This document shows positions 63,265 to 64,000 of a stretch of DNA of 64,000 bases, in pieces (the stretch's first letter is position 1; each line of letters starts with the position of its first letter). The notes beneath the pieces are model-generated. The model was not told the origin of the DNA and made no database searches. It saw nothing but the letters and a program-made list of their open reading frames with translations. Location: assembly GCA_013265495.1 (NCBI GenBank), contig MU057560.1, positions 3,410,909 through 3,474,908 of the forward strand, given 5' to 3'. The position numbers and the translations under genes were made by a program. Source of the DNA: Vicugna vicugna. Its lineage: Eukaryota.

Positions 63265-64000
63265 AGCTGAATTTGTTTTAACTAAATTTAAAATTAAAAA
63301 GTTCATCCATTTCTCCCACCTCTCCTCTGACCGCTGGCAACCACCAGCCTGCTCTCCATGAGCTTAATGTACAGAGAGAGAGAGAGATTCCACGTGTACC
63401 TGAGATCATACGGTGTTTGTCTTTCTCCGTCTGGCTTATTTTACTCAGCATAGACCTTCCAGGTCCATCTGTGTCATGGCGAAAGGCAAGATTCCATTCT
63501 TTGTTGTGGCTGAGTAGTACTCCACTGTATATACGTACCACAGCTCCTTTATCCAGTCCTCTGCTGATGGACACTTAGGTTGTTTCCATGGCTTGGCTTC
63601 TGTAAATAGCGCTGCTGTGAACACTGGGTGCATGTATCTTTCTGAATTAGTGCTTCTGTTTTCCTTGGATGTATGTCCAGAAGTGGGATTGCTGGATAAT
63701 ATGATAGTTCTACCTTTAGTTGTTGAGAGCCCTCCATACTGTTTCCCACAGTGGCTGCACCAATTTACATGGCCCCTAACAGTGTGCATGGGGCTGCCTT
63801 TTCTCCACACCCTCAACAACACTTGATATTTGCAATGTTTTTGATAAGAGCCATGCTGACAGGGTGAGGTGGTATCTCATTGTGGTTTTGGTTTGCATTT
63901 CCCTGGTGTTTAGTGATATTGAGCATCTTTTCACGTGCCTGTGGGCCATCTGTGTGTCTTTGCAAAAACGTCTCTTCAACACTTTTGCCCATTCTTTAAT
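63265..64000 (-). mobile_element. LINE-1 3' end (ORF2 C-terminus + 3' UTR), continues beyond the window
   Basis: Minus-strand peptides GNSMEGSQQLKVELSYYPAIPLLDIHP, FTAALFTEAKPWKQPKCPSAEDWIKELWYVYTVEYYSA and [14 protein letters not shown] are the L1 ORF2p C-terminus, with frameshifts. Confidence 0.97.

Overview
GC-rich, CpG-rich mammalian genomic DNA. It is almost certainly camelid (Camelus/Vicugna), based on a tRNA-derived Vic-1-type SINE at 12720-12882. The composition resembles a subtelomeric region. I recognise no protein-coding exon; the only ORF-track peptides I can assign are decayed LINE-1 ORF2 fragments. The window holds many old interspersed repeats (L1, L2, MIR, MLT1/MLT2 and ERV1 solo LTRs, MER5), a 57-bp minisatellite (13250-14048), one central CpG island/promoter (~30640-31960) with splice donors pointing in both directions, scattered candidate non-coding exons, and a 56-N assembly gap. 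The most unusual observations are (i) an isolated 46-bp near-perfect inverted repeat enclosing 612 bp (47964-48667), (ii) a minisatellite that is effectively an array of ~21 CCACGTGG E-boxes plus RUNX-type sites, and (iii) an orphan CpG island with putative divergent spliced transcripts, including an 11-nt microexon candidate. Repeat subfamily names come from recall of consensus sequences, not a search, and repeat boundaries are approximate. The host gene or locus could not be identified, and no novel protein system is supported by the sequence.
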